Position numbers and translations under genes: made by a program. This document shows, in pieces, positions 20,791-31,320 of a DNA stretch of 62,184 bases. Positions within the stretch are counted from its first letter, which is position 1. Every line of letters begins with the position of its first letter. The notes beneath the pieces were generated by a model, which saw only the letters and a list, made by a program, of their open reading frames with translations, did not search any database and was not told the origin of the DNA. This DNA comes from Rickettsiales bacterium (GTDB lineage: Bacteria > Pseudomonadota > Alphaproteobacteria > Rickettsiales > UBA1997), in the NCBI GenBank assembly GCA_005787525.1, contig SYAR01000041.1:1-62184 (forward strand). The letters run 5' to 3'.

Positions 20791-22506
20791 TTATTTTTCT
20801 TCGAGTAATTTTCTGGAGGCGGACATCGCCTCGGGGCTTATTTCCTCGCCCGAAAGCATGCGAGCGATTTCGTTAATTTTTGAATCCTTATCCAAAATTT
20901 CAATTTTAGTTTTTACTTTTCCGCCAATTTCACTTTTACTAATCTTTAAATGCGAATCGGCTTTGGAAGCGATTTGCGGTTGATGAGTGACGACCAAAAT
21001 TTGCGAAGCTTTGGCGAGAGTTCGTAATCTTTTGCCGATAGCGTCTGACGTGCTTCCACTAACTCCCGTGTCAATTTCATCGAAAATTATTGTTGGCACC
21101 GATTTGACATCGATTAGAGCCACTTTTAACGCCAGCATGAATCGCGATAATTCTCCGCCCGAAGCGATTTTGGTAATTTCGTCAAAATTATTTTTATTAA
21201 GCGAAGCCTTGAAAATCGCCTTCTCAAAGCCATTTGGAAAATAATTTTTAGATTGAGAAGAATTTTTCTCATCAGAATTTGATATTTGATTCTCGATAAT
21301 TTCCACCAAGAATTTAGTGCCCGCCATTTTTAAAAATTCAAGCTCATCTTCAACTTTTTTCGCCAATTCGATGGCGGATTTTTTGCGTTTTTTACTTAAA
21401 TCTTGAGCGATTTTTTGATATTTTTCAAAATAGTCTTGACGCTTGATAATTAAGTCTTGCGACAATTTTTCTTCATGATTTAAACTACTAAGTTTTGTTT
21501 GAGAATCTTGAGCTAATTTTTGCAATTCATTGGCGTTGCAATTAAATTTGCGACTCAAATTGCGAATGATAAATAAACGTTCTTCAATTTCATCTTTGGA
21601 ATCTTGCGATGAATTTAATTCTTTGCAAATTTGTTCAAGATTTTTTATCGAATCTTCGATTTCATTAATTTGAATATCGGTTTTTTCGCTTAAAGAGAAA
21701 AAATTTTCGGCTTCACTTTTCAAAAAATTTTCGATCAAATTATGATTTCGTGATAAAACTTTTTGCGATTGAAACAAGCTTGAGCTTGCTTCCGTCAAAG
21801 AATTTTTAATATCGGCAATAAAATTCAAAATTTTTTCTTTGGCAATTAAATGATCTTTTTTTTGCACTAAAATTTGCTCTTCATTTTCAAAAATTTTAGC
21901 GTCGTTAATTTCATTTATCACATGTTCGAGATAATCTTTTTCACGTTCAATCGCCGATTTTTTTTCTTCAAAATCCGCAATTTGATTATCAATTTTTGAG
22001 AGCTCATCATAAATTTTTTTCAAATCTTTATTAAGATTTTGATTGGAAGCGAATTCGTCGAGAATTATCAAGTGATTAGCGGAATTGAGCAGTCCTCGCT
22101 GTTCATGTTGACCATGAATTTCCACCAAACTTTCGCCAATTTTAGCGAGTAAATTTACGCTAATCGGCACGTCATTTACAAAAACTTTACTCGAAATATT
22201 TTCGGAAAGTGTGCGTCGGATAATGAGTTGATGCGGATTTTGAGAATTACTAATTTCATTTGAGACTAAAATTTCTTGGCATTGCGGATTTGAAGAAATA
22301 TCAAATTCGGCGATAACGTTCGATTTATTATCATGGCTTCCAATTAGGCGACTGTTGGATCGAAAGCCGATCGCCAAACCAAGAGCATCGAGTAAAATTG
22401 ATTTGCCCGAGCCCGTTTCGCCCGACAAAATGCACAAGCCTTTTTCGAATTCAATTTCCGCTTTGTCAATCAAAACAATGTTGTTGATAATTAGTGATTT
22501 TAGCAC
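20791..22506 (-). CDS. recN: DNA repair protein RecN
   Basis: GETGSGKS, EIHGQH, ASGGELSR, FDEIDTG, VTHQPQ. Confidence 0.96.
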   Translation of the reverse strand: MLKSLIINNIVLIDKAEIEFEKGLCILSGETGSGKSILLDALGLAIGFRSNSRLIGSHDNKSNVIAEFDISSNPQCQEILVSNEISNSQNPHQLIIRRTLSENISSKVFVNDVPISVNLLAKIGESLVEIHGQHEQRGLLNSANHLIILDEFASNQNLNKDLKKIYDELSKIDNQIADFEEKKSAIEREKDYLEHVINEINDAKIFENEEQILVQKKDHLIAKEKILNFIADIKNSLTEASSSLFQSQKVLSRNHNLIENFLKSEAENFFSLSEKTDIQINEIEDSIKNLEQICKELNSSQDSKDEIEERLFIIRNLSRKFNCNANELQKLAQDSQTKLSSLNHEEKLSQDLIIKRQDYFEKYQKIAQDLSKKRKKSAIELAKKVEDELEFLKMAGTKFLVEIIENQISNSDEKNSSQSKNYFPNGFEKAIFKASLNKNNFDEITKIASGGELSRFMLALKVALIDVKSVPTIIFDEIDTGVSGSTSDAIGKRLRTLAKASQILVVTHQPQIASKADSHLKISKSEIGGKVKTKIEILDKDSKINEIARMLSGEEISPEAMSASRKLLEEK

Positions 22507-22572
22507 TTCAAAAAAAATATAATTGATATAAAGTGTGATTCTATTTATAAAATTAAATTCTCAAACAAATTT

Positions 22573-22995
22573 ATGTTTATTTTGGATAAAAAATTACAAC
22601 AAGATAGTTTTTTTATTGGCGATCTTGAATTATGTAAAGTTCTTTTAATGAATGATGCCAATTACCCTTGGCTAATTTTGGTTCCGAGGCAAAATAATTT
22701 AAAAGATATTGTTGATCTTAGTTTTGACGATCAAATTATTTTGTTAAAAGAAATTAATTTTGTGGCGGAAATTTTAAAAAAAGAATTTGAATGCGATAAA
22801 TTAAATATCGCTAATTTGGGCAATGTCGTTTCGCAACTTCATATTCATGTAATCGCTCGAAAAAAAAATGACGCAACATTCCCAAAACCTGTGTGGGGCA
22901 ATGCTCCCGCCGTTGAATATTGTGGCAATAATTTAACTAAAACTTTAGAAAAAATTCAAAAATATTTTAACAATGTCGACAGAAAATCAACTTAA
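22573..22995 (+). CDS. HIT family protein
   Basis: YPWLILVPR, LGNVVSQLHIHVIAR, PKPVWG. Confidence 0.9.
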   Translation: MFILDKKLQQDSFFIGDLELCKVLLMNDANYPWLILVPRQNNLKDIVDLSFDDQIILLKEINFVAEILKKEFECDKLNIANLGNVVSQLHIHVIARKKNDATFPKPVWGNAPAVEYCGNNLTKTLEKIQKYFNNVDRKST

Positions 22996-23227
22996 AAAAA
23001 TTATTTATCGGGCAGTCCATCGCGGTTGCAAAGAAACCGATTTTTTACTTGGCGATTTTTTTGTCGCCAATAAAGAAAGCCTCTCCGAGCTTGGATTAGA
23101 GCTGTGCGAGAAATTTTTAGATGAAGATGATATGTTGATTTATGATTGGATTTTAGAAAAAATTCCTCACGATGAAATCTATAAAAATTTAATTGAAAAA
23201 ATTCGCAAATTTCACGGATTAAGTTGA
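22973..23227 (+). CDS. sdhE: Succinate dehydrogenase assembly factor 2 (SdhE/Sdh5)
   Basis: YRAVHRGCKETD (RGxxE motif), D...YDW. Confidence 0.88.
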   Translation: MSTENQLKKIIYRAVHRGCKETDFLLGDFFVANKESLSELGLELCEKFLDEDDMLIYDWILEKIPHDEIYKNLIEKIRKFHGLS

Positions 23228-23240
23228 GATTTTTATGGCT

Positions 23241-23316
23241 TTATAAAATGTAGGTTTGTAAGGGGCGGAGTTAGGGCCCTTAGGCTTACCGTTTCTTATA
23301 ATTTGAAGCGACGAAA
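23241..23316. repeat. Intergenic repeat family B, single copy
   Basis: ttataaaatgtaggtttgtaag matches 28373-28394 at 21/22, and weaker similarity continues to ttataa..tgaag.g.cg. Confidence 0.7.
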
Positions 23317-23320
23317 GTGC

Positions 23321-24457
23321 TTAACCTTCCATCAATTTAACAATTTTACCATAATTAACCGCAACTTTATTATCGATTTCAAGTTCCATAACAGCAGTGT
23401 TAAAGAGGTTTATTGGAATTTGTAATTCTGAAATTAATGAATCAATATTAGTTGGTTCCGAATTAAGATTTTGTAAAATTTCTTCTTGAGCTCCAAAAAC
23501 TTGATCATTGGAAAAATTATACTCTTTTTTTATTTGAGAAATTTGAGCAGTTTTTTTAACATAATAGTTTTTTTTAGTCGTAGCATTTAAAACATCTTCG
23601 ACTTCGGTGATAATATTGGCGCCATCTTTAATGAGGCGATTGGTGCCCTGACATCTAGGGTCGAAAGGCGATCCGGGAACGGCAAAAACTTCGCGATTTT
23701 GCTCTAAAGCAAATCTTGCGGTTGCCAAGCTTCCAGATTTAAGACCAGCTTCAATCACAACTGTTGCCACCGCCAAGCCTGAAATTAAACGATTGCGTTG
23801 AATGAAGCTCGAGCTTTTTGGAGTAAAGCCAAAAGGCATTTCGCTTAAAATTACGCCACATTCAGAAATTTGTTGATAAAGTTTATTATTTTCTTGCGGA
23901 TAAATATTAATAATTCCTCCCGCCAAAACTGCAATGGTGCCACTTAAAATTGAAGCTTCATGAACGGCGGTATCAACTCCACGAGCCATTCCAGAAACGC
24001 TTACCACTGAACTTTGTCCGAGCAAAAGAGTAAATTTTTTGGCATAAAGAAGAGCGTTAAAGGAGGCATTTCTTGGTCCGACCACGGCAATTTTTTCTTG
24101 AGATAATAATTCGAGATCGCCTTTAACCGTGATTAAAGGTGGGGCATCGGGAATTTCACGAAGTAATTGTGGATATTGAGGATCGCTAAAAGTTAAAATT
24201 TTGGCACCAAAATTTTCATTTTTTTCAAACTCTTCTTCCGCCACTGAACGATCACATAATTTTATTTTATTTGGATTTGGTGATAATTTTAAAAATTCAT
24301 CGAAATTTAACAAGGCAGTTTCAACCGATCCAAAATGTTCGAGAATTTTGAAAAAAGTAATTGGGCCAACATTGTCGCTTCGACAGAGCTGGAGCCAGTC
24401 GATGACATCTTTTTTTGAAGTTGGTTGATTTTGAAGGATTTTAGATTTTATACTCAT
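23321..24457 (-). CDS. dprA: DNA-processing protein DprA
   Basis: YPQLLREIPDAPP, AVVGPR, VSGMARGVD, RNRLISG, SGSLATA, FAVPGSP, GTNRLIKDGA. Confidence 0.95.
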   Translation of the reverse strand: MSIKSKILQNQPTSKKDVIDWLQLCRSDNVGPITFFKILEHFGSVETALLNFDEFLKLSPNPNKIKLCDRSVAEEEFEKNENFGAKILTFSDPQYPQLLREIPDAPPLITVKGDLELLSQEKIAVVGPRNASFNALLYAKKFTLLLGQSSVVSVSGMARGVDTAVHEASILSGTIAVLAGGIINIYPQENNKLYQQISECGVILSEMPFGFTPKSSSFIQRNRLISGLAVATVVIEAGLKSGSLATARFALEQNREVFAVPGSPFDPRCQGTNRLIKDGANIITEVEDVLNATTKKNYYVKKTAQISQIKKEYNFSNDQVFGAQEEILQNLNSEPTNIDSLISELQIPINLFNTAVMELEIDNKVAVNYGKIVKLMEG

Positions 24458-24594
24458 GGTGCTTAGGTTTTATTTATTGATGAAAATTAATTTATTAAAA
24501 ATTAAGAAAAATATCTAGCAACAATTATTTTATTAAAAAATTATTTTACAAGATTTTTTTTAAAAATTAAAAAAAATAATTTTATTATAAGCGT

Positions 24595-25362
24595 TTAATG
24601 TTTAATGCGATAGCCAATTTTAAGCATGCGGTAAATAATGATTCCGAGAATTAAATTGATGATTAAAATATAAATTGTGCCAATCATTAAATTGCCGTCA
24701 TTATGTCCCGTGATGCCATATCTAAAGCCATCAATCATATAAAAAAACGGATTAAAATGCGAAACGGTTTTCCAAAATTCAGGCAAAGCATTGGTCGAAT
24801 AAAAAGTGCCCGAAAGAAAGGTGAGGGGAGTGATAACATAACTTGTCATCGCCGACATTTGATCAAAAGTATCGGAAAGAACACCGCATAAGACGCCTAG
24901 AAGCCCTAGCAACATACAGCCCAGAAATAAATAGAAAAAAGCGATAAAAAAATTATAAAAACCAAGTGGAACAAAAATTAAAATCGTTAAATAAGCCACA
25001 ATTCCAACGCAAATTCCGCGAATAATGGCGCCCAATGTGAAGGCGAAAAGTAGTTCAAAAGCGCCGAGTGGAGGGATTAAATAATCAACAATGTGTCCCA
25101 TCACTTTACCCATTACGAAAGATGAGGATGAATTGGCGAAAGAGTTTTGAATTGACGCCATCATGATTAAACCAGCTGACATAAAAATGGCAAAGTCAAC
25201 GCCCTCAATGGTTTGAATGTGAGATCCCACCGACAAATTAAAAACCGCCAAAAATAAAATAATATTGACGACGGGAGAAAATAAAGTTTGGTGATAAACT
25301 TTTAGAAAACGATAAACTTCTTTTTTGAGCAAAGTAAAAGCTCCAAACCAATTTGTTGACAT
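24595..25362 (-). CDS. ABC-2 transporter permease (YadH-like)
   Basis: KEVYRF, FANSSSS, PLTFLSGTFYS, NPFFYMIDGFRYG. Confidence 0.88.
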   Translation of the reverse strand: MSTNWFGAFTLLKKEVYRFLKVYHQTLFSPVVNIILFLAVFNLSVGSHIQTIEGVDFAIFMSAGLIMMASIQNSFANSSSSFVMGKVMGHIVDYLIPPLGAFELLFAFTLGAIIRGICVGIVAYLTILIFVPLGFYNFFIAFFYLFLGCMLLGLLGVLCGVLSDTFDQMSAMTSYVITPLTFLSGTFYSTNALPEFWKTVSHFNPFFYMIDGFRYGITGHNDGNLMIGTIYILIINLILGIIIYRMLKIGYRIKH

Positions 25363-25413
25363 AAAAATAATTTTAGTGTTTGATTTACGAAAATAAAAAA
25401 TAATCCCTTACAT

Positions 25414-26448
25414 ATGAGTTTAGAAAATATTTTATCTGATTTCAATTCGCAATTTGAAAATGTTGAAAATAAATCGCAAATCGATGATTTGCGCGTTAAT
25501 TTTCTTGGCAAGAAATCGGCATTGAATGATTTATTTGGTCAATTAAAAAATTTAACGGCGGAGGAAAAAAAAGCTTTCGGCGCTAAAATTAATGACATTC
25601 GCAATTTTATTTCGCAAAAAATTGACGACAAAAAAAATTATTTTGAAATTTTAGAATTAAATCAAAAATTAAGTGGTGAAAAAATTGATATTTCGGCACC
25701 GGTGCGTCAAGAAAATCAAGGCTCTATTCATCCAATAAATAAAGTAATGTTTGAGATTGAGCAAATTTTTTCACGTCTCGGATTTGAGTTTGCCAGCGGT
25801 CCTGAAATCGAAGATGATTTTCATAATTTCACGGCGTTGAATATGCCAAAAGACCATCCAGCACGCCAAATGCAAGATACTTTTTATCTACAAAATTCTG
25901 AATTATTATTGCGAACGCACACTTCCAACACGCAAATACGTAAGATGCTAAACACCAAGCCTCCGTTAAAAGTTTGTGCTTTGGGACGAGTTTTTCGTCG
26001 CGATTCTGATCAAACGCATACGCCGATGTTCCATCAATTTGAAGGCTTTGTCGTTGATAAAAATGTTAATATGGGGCATCTAAAAGCAACGTTGGAAAAT
26101 TTTTTAGAAGAATTTTTTGAAGTAAAAAATTTAGAATTACGTTTGCGTCCAAGTTTCTTTCCCTTTACAGAGCCTTCAGCAGAAGTCGATATCAATTATT
26201 CGATTGAAAATGGCAAAATCAAAATTGGCAAGGGCGATAAATTTATGGAAATTTTGGGTTGTGGCATGATTAATCGCAAGGTTTTACAAAATTGTCAAAT
26301 CAATCCCGATGAGTTTCAAGGCTTTGCTTTTGGCATTGGCATTGAACGCCTCGCCATGCTTAAATACGGTATCACCGACCTTAGAATGTTTTTTGAAAAT
26401 GATGTAAGATTTTTACAACATTTTAATTTTAAAACCAAAGAATTTTAA
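25414..26448 (+). CDS. pheS: Phenylalanine--tRNA ligase alpha subunit
   Basis: [42 protein letters not shown]. Confidence 0.97.
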   Translation: MSLENILSDFNSQFENVENKSQIDDLRVNFLGKKSALNDLFGQLKNLTAEEKKAFGAKINDIRNFISQKIDDKKNYFEILELNQKLSGEKIDISAPVRQENQGSIHPINKVMFEIEQIFSRLGFEFASGPEIEDDFHNFTALNMPKDHPARQMQDTFYLQNSELLLRTHTSNTQIRKMLNTKPPLKVCALGRVFRRDSDQTHTPMFHQFEGFVVDKNVNMGHLKATLENFLEEFFEVKNLELRLRPSFFPFTEPSAEVDINYSIENGKIKIGKGDKFMEILGCGMINRKVLQNCQINPDEFQGFAFGIGIERLAMLKYGITDLRMFFENDVRFLQHFNFKTKEF

Positions 26449-26453
26449 TTAAT

Positions 26454-28202
26454 ATGACCAAAAAATTTGATAAATCAAAATTGCCTTCACGCTACGTAAC
26501 CAGCTCTCACGGCTGTGAAGGACGCAAAACTATGCTTTACAATATTAAAACCGATTTATATCCCGATGGTTTAAGCGAAGAAGATATTCAAAAGCCTTTC
26601 GTTGGCGTTGTAAGTGCGTGGAACGAAGCGGCGCCTTGCAATATTGCGCTTTCGCGTCAAGCCCAACCCGCCAAAAAAGGCGTAAAAGATTTTGGTGGCA
26701 CGCCTCGTGAATTTACAACCATAACGGTTACCGATGGCATTGCCAATGGACATCAAGGCATGAAATCATCTTTAGTTTCGCGTGAAGTTATTGCCGATTC
26801 AATCGAATTAACGGTGCGTGGTCATTGCTACGACGCCTTGGTGGGCTTGGCTGGATGCGATAAATCTTTACCGGGAATGATGATGGCGATGTGTCGTCTC
26901 AATATCCCTTCGGTCTTTATGTATGGCGGTTCGATCTTACCAGGGAAATTTAAAGGCAAAGATGTCACAATCGTCGATGTCTTTGAGGCTGTAGGTCAAA
27001 GAGATGCTGGCAAAATGTCGGAAGAAGATTTAGCTCAATTAACCAAAGTCGCTTGTCCTTCGGCTGGAGCATGCGGAGGGCAGTTTACCGCCAACACTAT
27101 GGCGTGCGTTTCCGAGGCAATCGGTTTGGCTTTACCTGGGTCATCAGGTGCTCCCGCGCCTTATGAATCAAGGGACGAATATTCTTATCACTCGGGCAGG
27201 GCGGTGATGAATTTAATTGAACTTGGCATTAAATCACGTGATATTGTTACGCGCAAAGCTTTAGAAAATGCCGCGACAATTGTGGCGGCAACAGGTGGTT
27301 CGACCAACGCAGTGTTGCATTTGCCGGCGATCGCCAATGAATGCGGAATCGATTTTGATATTTTTGAAATTGCTAAAATTTTTAAAAAAACTCCTTACAT
27401 CGCCGATATGAAACCGGGTGGAAAATATGTCGCCAAAGATTTACATGAAGCGGGCGGGGTGCAAATGATTTTGAAAATTTTGCTCGATGCCGGCTTTATC
27501 CACGGCGATTGCTTGACCGTCACCGGCAAAACTATGGCGGAAAATTTACGCGACATAAAATTTAACACCGAGCAAGATGTGGTTTATTTGCCAAGTAAAC
27601 CACTATCACCGACCGGCGGAGTTGTTGTGCTTAAAGGCAATTTAGCCAGCGATGGCGCCGTCGTCAAAGTGGCGGGAATGCAAGATGATGATTTAGTTTT
27701 TATCGGCAATGCCCGTTGTTTTGATTCGGAAGAAGAGTGCTTCAAAGCAGTTGAGCGTAAGGATTATCACGAAGGCGATGTTTTAGTAATTCGCTATGAA
27801 GGTCCAAAAGGTGGCCCGGGAATGCGTGAAATGTTGGCGACAACGGCGGCGATTTACGGGCAGGGCATGGGGAGCAAAGTTGCCTTGATTACCGATGGTA
27901 GATTTTCAGGCGGAACAAGAGGATTTTGTGTTGGGCATGTTAGCCCCGAAGCATCGGTTGGAGGCGTTATCGCACTCTTAAAAGATGGTGATAAAATTAA
28001 AATCGACGCCCAAAATGGCTCGATCGATGTTTTAATTTCCGATGAAGAAATTGCCAATCGTCGCAAATTATGGCAACCGAGAATTAATGATTACACTGCG
28101 GGAGCATTGTGGAAATACAGTCAAACTGTAGGCTCCCCGCGCTATGGTGCCGTTACTCATGGCGGTGCTAAAGTCGAAAAAATTTCGTATGATAAGATAT
28201 GA
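26454..28202 (+). CDS. ilvD: Dihydroxy-acid dehydratase
   Basis: [52 protein letters not shown]. Confidence 0.96.
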   Translation: MTKKFDKSKLPSRYVTSSHGCEGRKTMLYNIKTDLYPDGLSEEDIQKPFVGVVSAWNEAAPCNIALSRQAQPAKKGVKDFGGTPREFTTITVTDGIANGHQGMKSSLVSREVIADSIELTVRGHCYDALVGLAGCDKSLPGMMMAMCRLNIPSVFMYGGSILPGKFKGKDVTIVDVFEAVGQRDAGKMSEEDLAQLTKVACPSAGACGGQFTANTMACVSEAIGLALPGSSGAPAPYESRDEYSYHSGRAVMNLIELGIKSRDIVTRKALENAATIVAATGGSTNAVLHLPAIANECGIDFDIFEIAKIFKKTPYIADMKPGGKYVAKDLHEAGGVQMILKILLDAGFIHGDCLTVTGKTMAENLRDIKFNTEQDVVYLPSKPLSPTGGVVVLKGNLASDGAVVKVAGMQDDDLVFIGNARCFDSEEECFKAVERKDYHEGDVLVIRYEGPKGGPGMREMLATTAAIYGQGMGSKVALITDGRFSGGTRGFCVGHVSPEASVGGVIALLKDGDKIKIDAQNGSIDVLISDEEIANRRKLWQPRINDYTAGALWKYSQTVGSPRYGAVTHGGAKVEKISYDKI

Positions 28203-28325
28203 TTTTTGACATTTTAAATTAATTAAAAATGAGCGAGAAAAAAAATCGGAATATAGACACAATCTATCATCAACTCTCTCACAAGTTCGAAGCCTTTTAA
28301 GAGTTTGTAGAAATTTGTGGTGGTA

Positions 28326-28459
28326 TAAGCCCTCAAGGGGGGAGCTACAGCCCGTTGATGTTGCGAGTGTTATTATAAAGTGTAGGTTTGTAAGCCCTCA
28401 AGGGGGGGAGCTAGATCCTGTTGGCTTTGCGAGTGTTTTTATAAAATGAAGTGGCGTAA
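28326..28459. repeat. Intergenic repeat family B, two tandem ~65-bp units
   Basis: Units start at 28326 and 28391 with taagccctcaagggggg(g)agcta...ttgcgagtgtt.ttataaa.tg. Confidence 0.85.
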
Positions 28460-28501
28460 TTCATCAAGAAGGAAAATTTAGAGTTCGCTGAAATGGCGAA
28501 T

Positions 28502-29716
28502 TTATTGTCTTGTTAAATAACCAGAATATACTTGTTTTGCTACCAATGTTGCACTGGGTCTTGCACTCGGAGTGTTTTTTAATTTTAGTAATTCACTTCT
28601 TTTTGTAGCATGTACTTTTTTAAATTCATCATTAGTATATAATTCTAATAAACTTTTATTCAAAGTATTGATGTCATTTTGTATATTTGAACCTGCATTT
28701 CTATATTCTTCCGTCCTATGTGGATTATGAGATCCATACTGAGGACGATCTCTTACCATATTTAGATGGTCTTTTCTTATTTTAATTTGAGATAATGCAA
28801 ATTCTAATCTAGCTAATTTTTTTCCAATATTTTCCAAATCCCGTTCTTTTGCTTTTGCTGCATCGCCAGATTTAAAATCGGTGGGTCTCATACCATTTCT
28901 AAGAACTTGATTTCTAGCGTCCCGACCGGTGAGACGTGTTTGCGATTGAACAGAATGATTTATAGGTAAATTAGTTATGGGTTTTAAGCTAGCGGGATGA
29001 TTTGTTGCAACTTCCTGTGTATGTAAAATATGCACAACCATTCTACTATGCATTGCTGTATTTTGCCCTTGAGCATGAGTGCGATTTTTGCTCCTTCGCG
29101 AATGCGGAAAAAGCGGAGGGGGAGGAGCAGGAGTGCTTTTCGAACGACGACCTGTTGTATCTCCTCCAGCGCGCCCATTTTTCGGATCGTCACCTCTTCG
29201 GCATTGAAAATTCGAAGGTTGTTTTGTTTCTAGAGGAATTTGCTTTTCTGTAGCTTGATGTAAGTCAACATAATAATTTGAAATCACAATAGCTTCGTTT
29301 TTATCAATAAAGCTATTATTTCCCGCATTTGATATTCTATCTATAATTGAATTTATTGGGTCTTTATTTTTATTGGTTTGATCAGGTTTTTGCAATCTGA
29401 TTAAATCTTCAATTACAGCTTGCGTGAAAAGTATTTTATTACCTTCTGAAAGTTCGGGATAATCATAGGGGTTAGCGATTAAATTACTAAATAATTCCAT
29501 TTTATCTCTTTCCGCATTATTAATAGCTTGAGCTATTTCTAGATCGACAGCTTTTGGTATTCTTGCTAGCGCATTTGCAACCAATTCTTGGTTTTGTGAA
29601 GTTTCCACTTGAGGAGGTGGCGGGGCAGGTGGAGGGGAAGTGGTTAAAGTGGCAATTGCTCCACTAAGCCCCGTATTAATATTTTTAAAAATACTATCAA
29701 AAAAACCATCCCACAT
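28502..29716 (-). CDS. Hypothetical proline-rich protein
   Basis: 404-aa ORF with SPPPAPPPPQ and PAPPPPLFP tracts, a basic disordered middle and a coiled-coil-like C-terminal region; no family recognised. Confidence 0.7.
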   Translation of the reverse strand: MWDGFFDSIFKNINTGLSGAIATLTTSPPPAPPPPQVETSQNQELVANALARIPKAVDLEIAQAINNAERDKMELFSNLIANPYDYPELSEGNKILFTQAVIEDLIRLQKPDQTNKNKDPINSIIDRISNAGNNSFIDKNEAIVISNYYVDLHQATEKQIPLETKQPSNFQCRRGDDPKNGRAGGDTTGRRSKSTPAPPPPLFPHSRRSKNRTHAQGQNTAMHSRMVVHILHTQEVATNHPASLKPITNLPINHSVQSQTRLTGRDARNQVLRNGMRPTDFKSGDAAKAKERDLENIGKKLARLEFALSQIKIRKDHLNMVRDRPQYGSHNPHRTEEYRNAGSNIQNDINTLNKSLLELYTNDEFKKVHATKRSELLKLKNTPSARPSATLVAKQVYSGYLTRQ

Positions 29717-29806
29717 AATTAATTTATGAATAAATATTAGAAATAATTAGAAAATAATTATCTTTTTTATGTGTTAAACATTTAAATGTAAAGCTGTAAT
29801 TTAAAA

Positions 29807-30244
29807 TTAATTACTAGAAACCAACATCCAAATGGTTTTTTCGTGAGATTTAGCGCGTTGGATAAAAATATCGGCACTTGATTCATCGCCTTCAGCCTGT
29901 GCGGTTTTGATGGCTTTGTGTAAATTTTTAACCAAAGTTTCATTGTCAGCAATTAAATCTTTGACCATTTCTTTGGCAGAAAAATCTTTATTAGCATTTT
30001 TTAATTCGCTATGTTTTTTGAAATTTTCAAAAGAACCATCAACTTTAGATCCCAAAGCGCGAATACGTTCGGCAATTTCATCAATTGCGGTAAATAATTC
30101 TTCATATTGAATTTGAAATAATTCGTGAAGTGGTTTGAAATTTTCGCCGACCACATTCCAATGATAATTTTGCGTTTTGAGCATGAGCAAGTAAGATCCA
30201 GCTAAAATATTTTCCAAAGCTTCTAAGGTTTGATGATTTTTCAT
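29807..30244 (-). CDS. dps: Dps ferritin-like DNA protection protein
   Basis: KTQNYHWNVVG, LHELF, DEIAERIRALG, HEKTIWM. Confidence 0.95.
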   Translation of the reverse strand: MKNHQTLEALENILAGSYLLMLKTQNYHWNVVGENFKPLHELFQIQYEELFTAIDEIAERIRALGSKVDGSFENFKKHSELKNANKDFSAKEMVKDLIADNETLVKNLHKAIKTAQAEGDESSADIFIQRAKSHEKTIWMLVSSN

Positions 30245-30416
30245 ATTTTTGTAATTTGAAATTATTATTTTGTTAATTTAATAAAAAATATTTCATTATT
30301 TCCTTTATTTGCAAGCCTTTTGTTGATTAAAAAATTTTCATATTTTTTATTGTAAAAAAAAGACTTGATTTAAAAAATTAATTTGCAAAATTATTAATTT
30401 ATTTCTAATAAGTTTA

Positions 30417-30453
30417 ATATATTGTTTTAATCATTTTAATAAGTTTTTCTTAT
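30417..30453. promoter_or_regulatory. Possible OxyR operator in the dps/oxyR divergent region
   Basis: ATAT-N7-TAAT-N7-ATAA-N7-TTAT has the spacing of the OxyR ATAG-N7-CTAT-N7-ATAG-N7-CTAT box and overlaps the oxyR start; the AT-rich background weakens the call. Confidence 0.35.
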
Positions 30454-31312
30454 GAACCTTAGAGACTTAAAATATATCGTTGAAGTGGCACGCGAAAAGA
30501 ATTTTGCGAGGGCTTCCGAGAAGGTTTTTGTAAGTCAGCCAGCACTTAGTATGCAAATTAAGAAGCTCGAAGAAACACTCGGCGTTGAAATTTTTGAACG
30601 CGATAAACAAAATTTTTTAATCACTCCTGTCGGTGCCGAAATTATTAAAAAAGCCGAAATTATTTTGCAAGAAAGCGAAGAAATTAAAATGATTGCCAAA
30701 AATTCTAAAGATCCTCACAAGGGCGAAATCAGAATTGGAGCCTTCCCAACCGTGGCTTCATATTTTTTACCAAATTTTGTTAAAAATATTCACAAAAAAT
30801 TTCCGCATTTAAAAATTTTTTTAATCGAAGCTAAAAGTGACGAATTAATTGCTAAATTAAAAAGTGGAGAACTTGATTTCTGCTTGCTCGCCATGCCGAT
30901 TGCCGACGATAATTTAATCGGCGAAAAAATTTTTAGTGAGAAATTTTTATTGGCAACGCCGAAGGGTCATCCATTTTCTAAAAAATCAAAAATACAAATT
31001 AAAGAATTAAAAAATCAGGAATTAATGTTGCTCGAAGATGGTCATTGCTTGCGCGACCAAGCTTTGGAAATTTGTTCGATTGTAAGAGCTTATGAAAATC
31101 AAGATTTCAGAGCGACAAGTCTTGAAACCTTACGGCAGATGGTCGCAAACGGCACTGGAATAACGCTTATTCCCGAAATTGCGGTGCGTAGCGACGACAA
31201 AATTTCTTATGTAAAAATTTTTAATGCACCGTTTCGCACCATTGGAATTCACTATCGCAAATCATCGGTGCAAAAAAATTTAATCAAGGAAATTATTAGA
31301 TTGGCGAAGTAA
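30452..31312 (+). CDS. oxyR: H2O2-sensing LysR regulator OxyR
   Basis: LysR HTH (VSQPALSMQIKKLE), redox pair GHCLRDQALEIC, ATSLETLRQMV; divergent from dps. Confidence 0.93.
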   Translation: MNLRDLKYIVEVAREKNFARASEKVFVSQPALSMQIKKLEETLGVEIFERDKQNFLITPVGAEIIKKAEIILQESEEIKMIAKNSKDPHKGEIRIGAFPTVASYFLPNFVKNIHKKFPHLKIFLIEAKSDELIAKLKSGELDFCLLAMPIADDNLIGEKIFSEKFLLATPKGHPFSKKSKIQIKELKNQELMLLEDGHCLRDQALEICSIVRAYENQDFRATSLETLRQMVANGTGITLIPEIAVRSDDKISYVKIFNAPFRTIGIHYRKSSVQKNLIKEIIRLAK

Positions 31313-31320
31313 TTTTAAAT

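Noticed and set aside
28326-28459. CRISPR array
   Set aside because: Only two degenerate ~65-bp units, no unique spacers and no cas genes.
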